Program-made: the position numbers and the translations under genes
The notes under the pieces: generated by a model
What the model was told of the DNA's origin: nothing
Seen by the model: only the letters and a program-made list of their open reading frames with translations
Database searches by the model: none
Shown here: positions 37,543 to 50,402 of the stretch, one piece after another
How positions within the stretch are numbered: position 1 is the stretch's first letter
Layout: each line of letters starts with the position of its first letter
NCBI RefSeq assembly: GCF_006345805.1
Contig: NC_043002.1
Coordinates: 73,222,001 to 73,286,000 of the forward strand
DNA: 64,000 nucleotides
Source of the DNA: Octopus sinensis
Taxonomy: Eukaryota
Direction: 5' to 3'

Positions 37543-38880
37543 ATAAAATAATATAACAGTTGCAATTGAGACCAATGAAAAAAATTTGGGTAATTTAAGA
37601 ATTAAGGAAGCTATTCTCATTGACAGACTAAGGCCCCAAATCAACAACAGGCTGGAGTTTGGCAGTTAATATATTCTCTAGCTACATCTGGATGCATGTA
37701 GATTTTTTTTTATGACATACTCATATTATTTATAAAAAAAAAGGGGGAAAGAGAAATGAAAAGGAGAAGGGGAAAAAAGAGGAAACTGCACATAAAATAC
37801 ATAACTTAGAAGCGGCGCTATAGATGTGCCAGCACACATGAGCCTGAGACATGGCTGCCCTTACACACTTTTCACGAGGAATTCCAGAAGGAGCTTTGTG
37901 AGACCAATGCAGAGACACTTCCAGAGAAAGAAGGAGGAAGAAGTGAAAGAAAAAGAAAAAAGCCATTGGAAAATCAATTGCAGTAATGACTCAATCAATC
38001 CCTAGGGATATCTGAAGAAGGAATTTTTATATTCCAAAATATGGATGATTAAATTACACCAGTTATTATAGTCCATTGTTGTTATTATAGTGCATTGTTT
38101 TTGCCACTCAAAAACACATTATTACTATTTATTATTACTGTCTGCAAAATAATATTAGTTTTAATAGAATAATATACACCTAATAATTCTTTCTACAATA
38201 GGCACAAGGTCTGAAATTTTGGGGGACAGGACCAGTTGATTATATTAACTCCAGTGCTTGACTGGTATTGATTTTATAAACCCCGAAAGGATGAAAGGCA
38301 GAGTCAGCCTCGGTGGAATTTGAACTCAGATTGTAAAGGTGGTTGAAATGTTGCTAAGCATTTTGTGCAACATGCTAATGATTCTGCCAGCTTGCTACCT
38401 TATATACTACTAATAACAACAACAACCACTACAACAATAAGAAATTAACAAATAATATTTAAGGTAAATGCATACGTTTCTTAAGGAAACTATGTCTTAT
38501 TATCATGTGTGTGTGTGTCTGTGTGTGTGTGTACACGATTCAGTCATTTGTCTGTGGCTATGCTGGAGCACCGCCTTTAGTCAAACAAATCAAACCCAGG
38601 ACTTACTTTTTGTAAGCTTAGTACTAATTCTATCAGTCTCTTTTGCCAAACCGTTAAGTTACGGGAATGTAAACACACCAATATATACATACACACATAT
38701 ATGTATATGACCGGCTTCTTTCAGTTTCCATCTACTAAATCCACTCACAAGGTTTTGGTCAGCTCGGGGCTATAGCAGAAGGCACGTAGTGGGACTGAAC
38801 CCAGAACCATGTGGTTGGGAAGCAAGCATCTTACCATGCAGCCATACCTGTGCCTTATTTATTCTAGTTTTAAAATATAT

Positions 38881-38914
<34 letters not shown>

Positions 38915-40030
38915 ATATATATACATACACACACAAACACACACACACTGTATATAATACATATATTACATACAGACTTTCTACAACTGGATGCCCTTCC
39001 TGTCACTAACTATCACCTATTTGCAAGCAAGGTAATATTTTCCCCATTTGTATGATGGCACTCCTTAAAAACCATCATGTGATGCCAAGACAAGAAGACA
39101 CACATTTATTTCTCTCTACTGAATCCACTCACAAAGTTTTAACTGCATGGGGGGGGGGGCTATAAAAAAAAGACACTTGCTTAAGGTGCCACACAGTGGG
39201 ACTGAACTGAAAACCATGAGGTTGAAAAGCAAACTTCTTAACCACACAACCATGACTGCACCTATGCATGTCTTCAAATAAGTACAAATGTAACATGGAA
39301 AAAGAATTAATAAGAATCTAAAATACTGCATTGACTTCAGATATCCACTTGTCAAATGTTGACTAACACACCTCTCATTAACAAATACATTTCGTTAACG
39401 AATAACATCAGAGTCCATATACCTAATGACTTAATATGCAATGGAAACCTGATTGCTAAAATATTCAATGAAAGCTTACTCAAAGTGAAATAAATACGAT
39501 ATTTATAGCTTATAAGTTACATATCCTGGTTGAATGAGCAGCATTAGAAAGTGGCTTTCAGTTGTAAAGTGTTTACTTTAATAGCTAATATATAAATATA
39601 TATGAACTGAAAATTGATTTCATAGATCAACAAAGCCAGCACTGAGAGAGAGGGGGGGGAGAAGAAAACAGTTGTTGAAATGTTAGTCAACCAACACAAA
39701 GATTACAAGTTTAAGCAAGCTATGTGAATGGGTGTGTCACTTTATTTTATTGCGCAAAAACTCAAGTTTATGGAAAGTGGTAGTAGTCTCTGTAGCAAAA
39801 ATCATGCAATGGAAAGTTCAGGAGTTTGAAAAAAAATTACATGTGACGAGAGGAACAGGAATCTGATGTTTCTAGACTGAAAAATTTTCATTGAAAAGAA
39901 CTTCCCAACCATATGGTTCTTGGTTCAGTCCCACAGTGTAGCACCGTAGGCAAGTGTCTTCTGCTATAGCCTCAGGTTGACCAAAGCCTTGTGAGTGGAT
40001 TTGGTAGATGAAAACTGAAAAGAGCCTGTC

Positions 40031-40086
<56 letters not shown>

Positions 40087-41555
40087 TTATGTGATGTCTT
40101 TGTGTCTGTGTTTGTCCCCAACCATTGCTTGACAACTGGTGTCGGTGTGTTTACATCCCCATAACTTAACAGTTCAGCAAAAGAGACCAATAGAGTAAGT
40201 ATCAGGCTTTAAAAAAAAAAGTACTACGGTCAATTCATTCAACTAAAAATTCTTCAAGGTGATACCCCAGCATGGCCACAGTTTAATAACTGAAACATGC
40301 AATGAAGGGTCAGTCTTGAAATGCCAGTTTCCTCTTCTATGCAATGAACACAAACTAATCCAAACTCATGAACATCCATCACTGCATTTTGTTTTATTAC
40401 CCCTTATATTTATCTTTAGATTAGCTCAAGCTTTCTCTTACATGTTCTCAAGGATTAAGAAATAAATCTTATGTATCTTGTATCTCAGCTCTGCCCACCA
40501 ACCAACCATCTGTGACATGGTGAGGCTATAACTCATGCAGATATCAAATCCCACCCAAGGTCACTTGACTGATTGATATGAGCTTACTTGCCAATACACG
40601 CACACAGACACACAAACACACACACCTCTCACCCACGGATGTTGCTATTTTCTCACTGCCTTTTGCAATTCTGCCACAATAACCTCTCTGTCCCTGGATC
40701 TAATGGTTCTCATGCCACCTCCGCTCATGTACTTCCAACACATTTGTCTCTCTCCCCCCCATCTATCACTCATACTGTATACTCCCACTTGCTTTGCATA
40801 AACTAATTCAATCAGTTTTTCTTCCTCCAATATGTTAATCCTCTTGAATTCCCTTCATGCAACTATTCAAGAGGAACATTAATCACATAGTTCTCACCAG
40901 TCTTGGAGGGTTACGAAGATCGTGGGCATAAGACACTATATTTCAGACTAAAAAATTAAACAAACAGAACAGTGCAGACTGTATTATTCACACGTATTCA
41001 AACAGAACAGTGCAAACTGTATTATTCACACAATTGAGAGCAGAACCAAACAAACTGCACATTAGACATCACATCAATGTGGTGTTCTATGTTAGATCAA
41101 TGACTCATCGTTCAATTAATCCTACAGTGTTTAAAATGGCCATATCCAGCTCAAAAATTCCAGCTGTTTTAGATTCAACCTGGCAATATTCAGCCCTTCA
41201 CATGTACAACATCATTCTAAAATGAGGAGGTAGGTGTAACAACATCATTCTAATACTAAACAAACACACCATCGAAATCTCAAAGCTAGAAGATAATGCA
41301 TGATTAATTCAAAACAATATGGAGAAATAAGTATTATATTCAATAGAGTTAATCTGAATGCCTGAAGGGTTAAGGTAAGGATCACTGTTCAAGTGAAGGT
41401 GTGTGTCCTAGTAAAAGGGTTGTGCTCATGGTCAAAAGATCACGGGTTCAATTCCTGAACCAAATAGAGAGTTCTGGTCTTGAGCAAAATATTTCATTTC
41501 ATATTGGTCCAGTCCACTCAGCTGTAAATGAGTAACCATGCAACAGACTGGGATC

Positions 41556-41785
41556 GCGAACTGGCAGAAACGTTAGCACGCTGGGTGAAATGCTTCGTGG
41601 TATTTCGTCTGCCGCTACATTCTGAGTTCAAATTCCGCCGAGGTCAACTTTGCCTTTCATCCTTTCGGGGTCGATTAAAATAAGTACAAGTTACGTGCTG
41701 GGGCTCGATATAATCGACTTAATCCGTTTGTCTGTCCTTGTTTGTCGCCTCTGTGTGTAGCTCCTTGTGGGCAGTAAAGAAATAG
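41556..41785 (+). mobile_element. SINE family B, young copy with 10 bp TSD, nested in an older SINE
   Basis: TSD gactgggatc at 41546-41555 and 41786-41795. Same-tail copies at 19213-19445+, 26560-26775- (nested in a family A SINE) and 33595-33805-. Confidence 0.88.
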
Positions 41786-42743
41786 GACTGGGATCCTATT
41801 CAGTCAGTCATTTACACACCCAAGAAACTGTAAGCGACCCTATGAGTCCTACAACTTAAGATAGTAACATCCAGAGGTCGATGATGATGATGATGATGAT
41901 GATGACACAGGTTCAAACCCAGTGGGGTAACACAGACATTCGGCTTTTAGACCAGATTAACTAACTCCCCATTGTGCACTTAAAATCAAGGCACAATACA
42001 CCAAGGTAGAAAAATAAAAGACATTCAACTTTTATGCAGTCATTCCAACAATTCATGAACATCTTTATAATTTTCAGCATCCTCAATTCTTGCTAACACA
42101 GAAAATAGGATTTGTTTTTTTAATCAACAAAAATAGAGAAAAACAAATGACTAAATGTAAAAATCTTTTCCAAATACAATAGAATTGGCTAATCTCATTA
42201 AGAATTTCACTACTTTTCTTAATTACTTTTTGATGAGTAGAGAGGAAAAAAAAACACTCACATACACACACACAGAATTATTGTTCACATTGGATAGACC
42301 TGAACAAATTAATGAGTAATTAACAATGAAACTGGAGCTTTGATATCATTAATGGAAAGAGAAGTAAATACAAACTTTCAGTATATATTTTCTTTACAAA
42401 AAATTTCAATTATAATAAGCAACAATTAGTTTTTATAAGAGGAATATAAAATTAACAAATCTTGTAAAATAACTACATTTTACATCCATTTTTCTGTGCT
42501 GGCATAGGTTAGGTGGATACTTATTGAAGGCAGTATTTTATAGTCGGATGCTTTGCTTATTATCTGTTTTGCAAGAGATTTCTTTTTATTCCCCATAACT
42601 TAGCAGAGCTGCAGGATATAATGTTCCCCAGGAATGCAAACACAACATTTTTAGTTCAAGCAGTCTCATGCAAAGAAGCAGAAATAACAACTTGAGAGAG
42701 AGAGAGAGAGAGACAGAGAGACAGACAGACATAGAGAGACACA

Positions 42744-42852
42744 GAGACAGGACGCAGACACAGAGACAGGACGCAGACACAGAGACAGGATGCAGACACA
42801 GAGACAGGACGCAGACACAGAGACAGGATGCAGACACAGAGACAGGACGCAG
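42744..42852. repeat. 19 bp minisatellite (gagacagga[c/t]gcagacaca) x ~5.7
   Basis: Units start at 42744, 42763, 42782, 42801, 42820 and 42839, between a (GA)n and a (CA)n tract. Confidence 0.95.
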
Positions 42853-44139
42853 AAATACACACACACACACACACACACACGCAGTGAGCTTCCTTATAGC
42901 TTTTGTAGACTAATTTCACAAGGCATTAGCTGGTCCAAGGCTATAGTTGAAGGACCTTTGGCCCAAAGTGTTGTGCACTCATACTAAATCCAAAACCATA
43001 TGCATTTGTGAAGTGTACTTCTGAACCTCCACAGCCATACCTGCCCCCATGATGATGACTACAGGAGGATAATTAAAACGTGTGTTTACTACAAATCTCA
43101 CAATCAGAAAATAATCCTTTCTCCCAAAGGCACAAGGCCTGAATTTTTGGGGGAGGGGGTAAGTTAATTACACCACCCCAGGGCATCACTACTACTTACT
43201 TCATCAACCTTGAAAAGATGAAAGGCAAAGTCAACAATGGCAGAATTTGAACTCAGAACATAATGACCAACTAAATACCACTAAGCACTCAGCCCAGCAT
43301 GCTAACAATTCCACCACTTTGCTGCCACATTCAGAAAATAATGTGAAGACAAGAAATGAGATGGATGTAAAACTTAATGTCACCCAGTTTGATACCACTA
43401 TCAGGCACGTTAGGTGCTTTTAGTGAAGAGCACTTTGTGATAAGCATTTCAGCCAAGTATCCAATTTGGGAATACTCTCCCTCCTTCCTTCATTTCCCCC
43501 AATATATATATATATAGTGCAGGAGTGGCTGTGTGGTAAGTAGCTTGCTTACCAACCACATGGTTCTGGGTTCAGCCCCACTGCGTGGCACCTTGGGCAA
43601 GTGTCTTCTACGATAGCCTCGGGCTGACCAAAGCCTTGTGAGTGGATTTGGTAGACGGAAACTGAAAGTACCCCATCGTATATATGTATATGTATGTGTG
43701 TGTACATGTTTGTGTGTCTGTGTTTGTCCCCCCCCCCCCAACATCACTTGACAACCAATGCAGGTGTGTTTACATCCCCGTAACTTAGTGGTTCAGCAAA
43801 AGAGACCGATAGAATAAGTACTAGGCTTACAAAGAATAAGTCCTGGGGTCCTGGTTCAGTTGTTTGGATATTTGGCTCACAATAGTAAAACCTTGAGTTT
43901 CATACCTGGTGGTGCATTCTGCTTTTGTGCAAGGCACTTTATTTCACATTGTCCAGTGCACTCAGCTGGCAAAAATGAATAGTACCAGTAATTCAAAGGG
44001 CCAGCCTTGTCACATCTTGTGTCATGCCGAGTCTCTCCCCGTCTCTAAGTTACGGGGATGTAAACACACCAGCATCGGTTGTCAAGTGATATTGTGGGGA
44101 CAAACACAGACACACAAACATATACTCACACACACACAC

Positions 44140-44335
44140 ATAGTGACCTCATGTGTACCGTTGGCGATTTTTTTTCCTGTCTTCTCTTCTCTGGATCTTT
44201 CCTTCTATGTTTCTGACGAAGAGCTCCGCTCGAAACGTTAAACCCTCCTTCTTTCCTGAGCGTCCAATAATACTATATTTGTTCCACGTCCTCGCGTTGT
44301 TGTGTTTTTTTGTGCTTTCTTGTTTGGATTAACTT
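44140..44335 (+). mobile_element. ~200 bp non-autonomous hammerhead-bearing (PLE/retrozyme-like) element inserted in the microsatellite of a SINE
   Basis: Pyrimidine-rich segment carrying the hammerhead; it interrupts the (CA)/(TA) core of the minus-strand family A SINE at 44035-44540. CpGs are retained. Confidence 0.6.
44209..44243 (+). ncRNA. Minimal type I hammerhead ribozyme motif with intact core
   Basis: GTTT-CTGACGA-A-GAGC-TCC-GCTC-GAAAC-GTT-AAAC: stem I GTTT/AAAC, CUGANGA core, stem II GAGC/GCTC, GAAA, loop-less palindromic stem III (ACGT), cleavage triplet GUU. One extra A after A9. Confidence 0.75.
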
Positions 44336-44369
<34 letters not shown>

Positions 44370-44991
44370 TACATATATGCACGACGGGTTTCTTTCAGTT
44401 TCCGTCTACCAAATCCATTCACAAGGCTTTGGTCGGCTTGAGGCTATAGTAGAAGACACTTGCCCAAGATGTCACACAGTGGGACTGAACCCGGAACCAT
44501 GTGGTTTGTAAGCAAGCTACTTACCACACAGCCGCTCCTATGTTATGTTAATTTTCTGAGCAGGTTGTTCAGTTGATTGGATCAACTGGAACCTTTGTCA
44601 TAACCAATGGAGTACTAATAGTGTGTGTGCGTATGTGTGTGTGTGTGTGTGTGTGTGTGAGACTAACTATGAAGGGATAATTCCAAATGGATTTAGATAC
44701 ATTATGGACTCCAGTAACCAAAATGCTGGAGAGAGTTCTTTAAGAAACGCAACACGAGACACATCAAGATAATTCAACAGTGAAGTTGAGCAACAGGTAG
44801 TTAAAACTCTGTAGGCAGTATATAAATTGCTAATACTAGAATTTATTTTGTGCAGATCCAAGACGTAGCTTGCTATAATCTTTCTTTCCATAAATAACAA
44901 GATGCTAAATATAATAAAGTCGACAAAAATGAAAACAGGTAATGGAAGATTCAAATACAAGTAAAATAATAAAAAGAGAAAAGATGCATAC

Positions 44992-45296
44992 CTTTGAAAT
45001 GGTAAATCCCTCTTTCAGTTGCTTCCAGAAATATCAGATCATAAACGGATTTGTTGCATACATATTCTGCTTTAGCAGATCCAGGAACTTTGAAGGCAAC
45101 AAAACCAAATTCTCCTTTCATGACCAGAACTGGTCTGTTAACAAGTCGAATTCGGAATTTTTCCTTTTCTGAAATTGCATCACTGTTAGCAAGGAGGCTA
45201 CCGGTTGCTTTGTTGTAAATATAATAATTGTTAAATGCTTTAATAGTAATGGAACCCTCTCGTTGCCAGGCTAGATCAAACAGGCAGTTATTTTTG
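44992..45296 (-). CDS. FSCN: Fascin penultimate coding exon, 305 bp, phase 2 to phase 1
   Basis: Polypyrimidine tract + ccag|C AAA AAT ... TTC AAA G|gtatgc = KNNCLFDLAWQREGSITIKAFNNYYIYNKATGSLLANSDAISEKEKFRIRLVNRPVLVMKGEFGFVAFKVPGSAKAEYVCNKSVYDLIFLEATERGIYHFK. Contains the fascin L.NRP.LV..GE.GFV motif, and phases join both neighbouring exons in frame. Confidence 0.96.
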
Positions 45297-45695
45297 CTGG
45301 AAAAAAGAAAAAAAAAGGTAAGAATTAATAAAGATTATTTTTAAAAATATATATTTACTTAATAAAGATTTGAAAAAAAAATTACACTTTATTTGTTTGT
45401 TCATTCATTTAACCAATTTGGCACACTCACCCCATCTGAGACTGCCTCTGGTTCTATAATACAAACTGCCTGTTTTACTCTCTCTTGTTTCTGTCATTTG
45501 ACTGTGGCCATACTGGAGTACCACCTTTAGTCGAGCAAATCAACCCAAGGACTTATTCTTTGTAAGCCTAGTACTTATTCTATTGGCCTCTTTTGCCGAA
45601 CTGCTAAGTTACGGGGACGTAAACACACCAGCATTGGTTGTCAAGCGATGTGTGTGTGTGTGGGGGGGCAGACAAACACAGACACACAAACATAT

Positions 45696-45732
<37 letters not shown>

Positions 45733-46810
45733 ATGGGCTTCTTTCAATTTCCGTCTACCAAATCCACTCAAGGCTTTGGTCGGCCTGAGGCTACAATAGA
45801 AGACACTTGCCAAAGGTGCTACGCAGTGGGACTGAACCCGGAACCATGTGGTTCATAAGCAAGCTTCTTACCACACAGCCACTCCTGCGCCTATTCAAAA
45901 TTAAACTTTTCAAAGTCTCATTGTTTATATATGTTAGAAACAGCAGTTTAATCATATCAAAGTTATCTTAATAAATTCTTTATGTTTCACAATATTAATT
46001 GAAACAAAGGCAGCAGATTTCATTAGAAATATTGTAGCAAAAGGATTATGATCTGTTCCTCCATGCTTGCATGGACTGGATGTGGTGGTGGTGTTGGAGG
46101 GCTTATCTGAGAGTACTTTACAGCTGGGTATTGTAAAATACGGTTATGGGTTGGTGACAGGCATAGTTCCTGTCACCAACCCATAACCATTTATCAAGTA
46201 CAGATGTGTTCTTTTTTTTATATTCTACCATTTTTGAAAGTGTAAAAAAATTGCGTGATATGCCAACAAAGTATATAAGCATCATATCATCATTTTGCTT
46301 AGGTGGTAACAAGCAAAGCAGTGGAATGTCAACATTTTTGCACATACATGCACTTACATCCATATACACACAAATAATATACATAAATCCATGTATCTCC
46401 TCCTACAGGAAGGCACCTGTTCCTGTCCCTCTGTCAAACTTTAGCTTCTTATCCTCTAACAGTAACCCACCTCCCTTTAGCATTCAGATTATTGTCACAT
46501 GTAATGCTTCTTTATCCATAGTTTTTAATTAAACATGCGTTATTTCATAGCTTTGGGATTTTGATGATATAATTGCTTATTTTTAGACTGACATTGTAGC
46601 ATAGGTGTGAGAAGTCAGATCTGGTTAGTTTGAACAATAAACAGGTAGAATATTCGGACCTGATATGTCCAGTTTAAATGTTAAAGGGTCATTATTACAC
46701 CCTACCTCTAAGATGAGGGGTCTTATCTTGAGTGTTAATTAGTGACATTAGTGGTACTGACATCGCATAAAAGTACCCAGTATACCTCTGTAAAGTGGTT
46801 GGTATTAGAA

Positions 46811-47042
46811 AGGCGGCGAGCTGGCAGAAACGTTAGCACACCAGGTGAAATGTGTAGCTGTATTTCGTCTGCCGCTTCCTTCTGAGTTCAAATTCCGCCG
46901 AGGTCGACTTTGCCTTTCATCCTTTTGGGGTCGATTAAATAAGTACAAGTTACATACTGGGGTCGATATAATCGACTTAATCCATTTGTCTGTCCTTGTT
47001 TGTCCTCTCTGTGTTTAGCCCCTTGTGGGTAGTAAAGAAATA
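46811..47042 (+). mobile_element. SINE family B, young full-length copy with TSD, inserted in an RTE tail
   Basis: ggcggcgagctggcagaaacgttagcac...ctgagttcaaattccgccgaggtcgactttgcctttcatcc.tt.ggggtcgattaaataagtac...agtaaagaaata; TSD ggtattagaaaggc at 46801-46814 and 47043-47056. Confidence 0.9.
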
Positions 47043-48974
47043 GGTATTAGAAAGGCCATCCAGCTGTAGAAATCATGCTTGGCGCAATCCTCTGGCCAAC
47101 TCCTGTTGAACCATCCAGCCTATACCTGTATGGGAAACAGATTTTAAATAGTAATGAGGAGGAAGATGACAGGCTCATACAATTTCCATGAACCAATTTC
47201 ATTCACAAGACATTGGTCAGTCCAGAGCTAGAGAAGAAAATACTTGACATAGACACCACACAGTAGGACTGATCCACAAACCATATGGTTGTGAAGCAAC
47301 CATCTGAACCATGCAGCTATATCTGTATCTTTCTATATATTTGATCTAAATCCTGTTATGTGTGTGTGTGTGCTATAGGATGAGGGATAAGTTACTCATA
47401 AACAGAATCCAGAAGTTGTTTTATTGTTTTGATAACATGCATTATGCTAATGTCTGCAGAAAAAGTCATGATTATCACACAATCATCATACAACATTGTT
47501 TCCATATTTGCCAAAATAATTCAAATATAGCATATTAGTCATTAACTAAAATAGTGTTGTTTTCTTAGTAACCATGTTTTCTCTGGTTAGCTTTTTAATG
47601 GCTCTTACATCAATTAGGTTAACATTAACTTAAATTTTTTTTTCCATGCCGGTGGCTCCTTGCTGTGTCGTTTAAAATCGTTGCCTTGTGTATAAATAAG
47701 AATTCATTATTAAACCCTGCTGTTATGCAGATATCAAATATAGAGTTGAGAGTCATAGAATGTAGTTTGGATATGTATGAATATGCAACATTGTAGATAT
47801 GCCATATTTTTAATGTAATATGTACTTGTTATAATACAAACTAACTTGTATTTGATAATCTACAGAATGTTAATGAAAGTTTTAAATGTACAATTGACCT
47901 GGTTCCCATTCTGATGCCAAATATGTTTGGCATATTTAAGGCTGGGATATGGTTAGAGAATTAAAAACAAAAAAATTAACAGTTAATAATAAACTGACCG
48001 CAGCTCAAGGAAAGGAATAAGCTGGAAATCATTATTGTATAGGCAATATAAATAAATTCTTGTTTTAATGTTGGTTGGTGTTTCCATTCTGGACCAAGCT
48101 TTGCAGTAAAGAACATCATTCTATACATATTGGATCCAATAAAATTATATATTTCTAAAACCCAACATTCTTAGAGATCTAAATGGCTTCATTCCAAGTC
48201 TTTTTTTATCTACCGCATCTCAAGTACCAGCAACAGACACCACTCTTTGATTGAAATGCATATTTCAGTCACATTATATCTCTCCAGCGTAATATCTGTG
48301 CAAGACCTCTTGTGCTCCTCATATTAGTCTATGTATGCTATTAGTTACTCCTTTACACCTGAAGTTCTAATTTCTCTCACTACAAGAAATTTTACTGCAC
48401 CTATTGTGCACCAATTTGTAAAAGGTCAGGCAATAGACTGATAGAACTTCAAAAATGTACGTATCAGCACAACAGTTGATGTGAAAAAGCAGAAGTTAAT
48501 TACTTGAATGGGTTATAAGAATAACTAAATTCTTCAGTTGTTATTGCTTGGCTCCAGATCAGTGCTCTGGTTGAGCAAACGTATCATTAAAGACATTTCA
48601 GCTGAGACCAACCAGTACCTTTTTTTTTTTACATTTGTAGTATATTAAAGACTACATAATCCAATATATACTTCCATTTTCTAAAGGTAGTAGTGTGTAA
48701 AATGAGGAAAATTTGGTTGTCTTTTCTAGCAGGCTGAGATCAGCAGAGGCTTTCTCACTGTTTGTTATAACTTGAGAGCAATGGAAATATAAAACAGATA
48801 TTTGAAATAGAGAATCTGTTACCGATATTATTTAATAAATCAACTCATTTTCATTATCCACCCTCTTCCTGTATCAACTGTAAATGAATCAAAGTTATCC
48901 CAAAGCTAAGCACCCTTTGAACTTTGGGCCCCACTGAAGGCAGTGTTAAGTGACTGAGACCTTTGGCAATATTC

Positions 48975-49490
48975 CATTTAATGTCCGTTTTCCATGCTAG
49001 CATTGGTTGGACGGTTCGACCGGGGTCTGGGAAGCAAGGAGGCTGCACCAGGCTCCAGTCTGATCTGGCAGTGTTTCAACAGATGGATGCCCTTCCTAAT
49101 GCCAACCACTCTGTGAGTGTAGTGGGTGCTTTTTTCATGCCACCGGCACAGGGGCCAGAGGAGACTGGCAAACAGCCATGATTGGTTGGTGCTTTTTACA
49201 TGTCACCAGCACGGATGCCAGTCAAGGCGGTGCTGGCATCAGCCATGTTTGGATGGTGCTTTTTACGTGCCAGCATCGTGGCCAATCCTGGTGTTCCATA
49301 AATGATACCCATGCCAGTGGCATGTAAAAAAGCACCCACTACACTCTTAGAGTGGTTGGTGTTAGGAAGAGCATCCAGCTGTAGAAACCATGCTAAATAA
49401 GATTAAAACCTGATGCAGCTTACCAGTTTTCAGTCAAACCATCCACCACATGACAGCATGGAAAACGGACGTTAAATGATGATGATGCTA
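48975..49490. mobile_element. Two RTE LINE 3'-UTR copies in inverted orientation; other tail copies at ~23750-23898 (+), ~27510-27810 (-), ~57950-58040 (-), ~63310-63520 (+)
   Basis: Shared aaaaagcacccactacactc..gagtggttgg.gttaggaagggcatccagctgtagaaac...catggaaaacggacgttaaatgatgatg consensus. Confidence 0.8.
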
Positions 49491-50361
49491 CCAGTGCTAC
49501 TCTTTTTTGTCAGACGATTTATTAAAATGTCTTCTTGACCATATTTTAAGAAAAAAAAAAAAAACATTATTGTTCAGGTCACTGCCTGGAATTGAAATCG
49601 GAATCTTGGGGTCAGTAGCCCATGCTCTTAACCACTACACTATGCCTGTGTGATTCATATAACTAAAAATAGCAAAAATTTTGAAGGATTTAGTAAAACA
49701 GCTTCTACAGTTATAGATAGATCTAATGTTTCTGGCCTAATAAAAGGTTCTCACATAGATTTACATAACAAACAATGGATGGGTATCTTTTGTATGTGGT
49801 CACTTAACTCATTAGAAATAGCAGTCAGAGCACAACCTGACATCTCAAATTGGAATAACACAGATTAGATAATGTAGTACTAGATAACTCTAAAAAAAAA
49901 GGTAGATAGTCATGGCTGGAATGCCTTTCATTACAGATCTGTTTGATCATTGTTGACCTGAGGTTAATAACAGTAATGCCAAACTAGGTTTCAGAGATGA
50001 TCATGGAATATCATATCCCCCAATTAAATGTTTAAATACGGAAAGAATGTTAATCCTATTATAATTTTATTAATATATTACTGGTGTGCTGCTACAGAAT
50101 ACTATATTAGGCTTTTGCCAGGGGGGGGGGAGTGACAAAGAGAGTGAGAGAAAGCAAATGAAAGCGAATGAGAGAAAGCACGTGCGTGTATGCACACACG
50201 TGTGTGTGTGTGTACTCAACTATAAAATGGGACAGGGTTTAAATGAGCATGAGAAAATCTTGCAATGTAAATCATTAATTACCCGAATTAATCTTCATTT
50301 TATGAATATTTATGTTTAAACCAAGATTTGCTAAAAACTGAAGTCCTCAATAATTATGCAT

Positions 50362-50402
<41 letters not shown>

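Noticed and set aside
40590-40920. C/T-rich segment resembling an old PLE remnant
   Set aside because: No GIY-YIG, RT or hammerhead motif could be read confidently.
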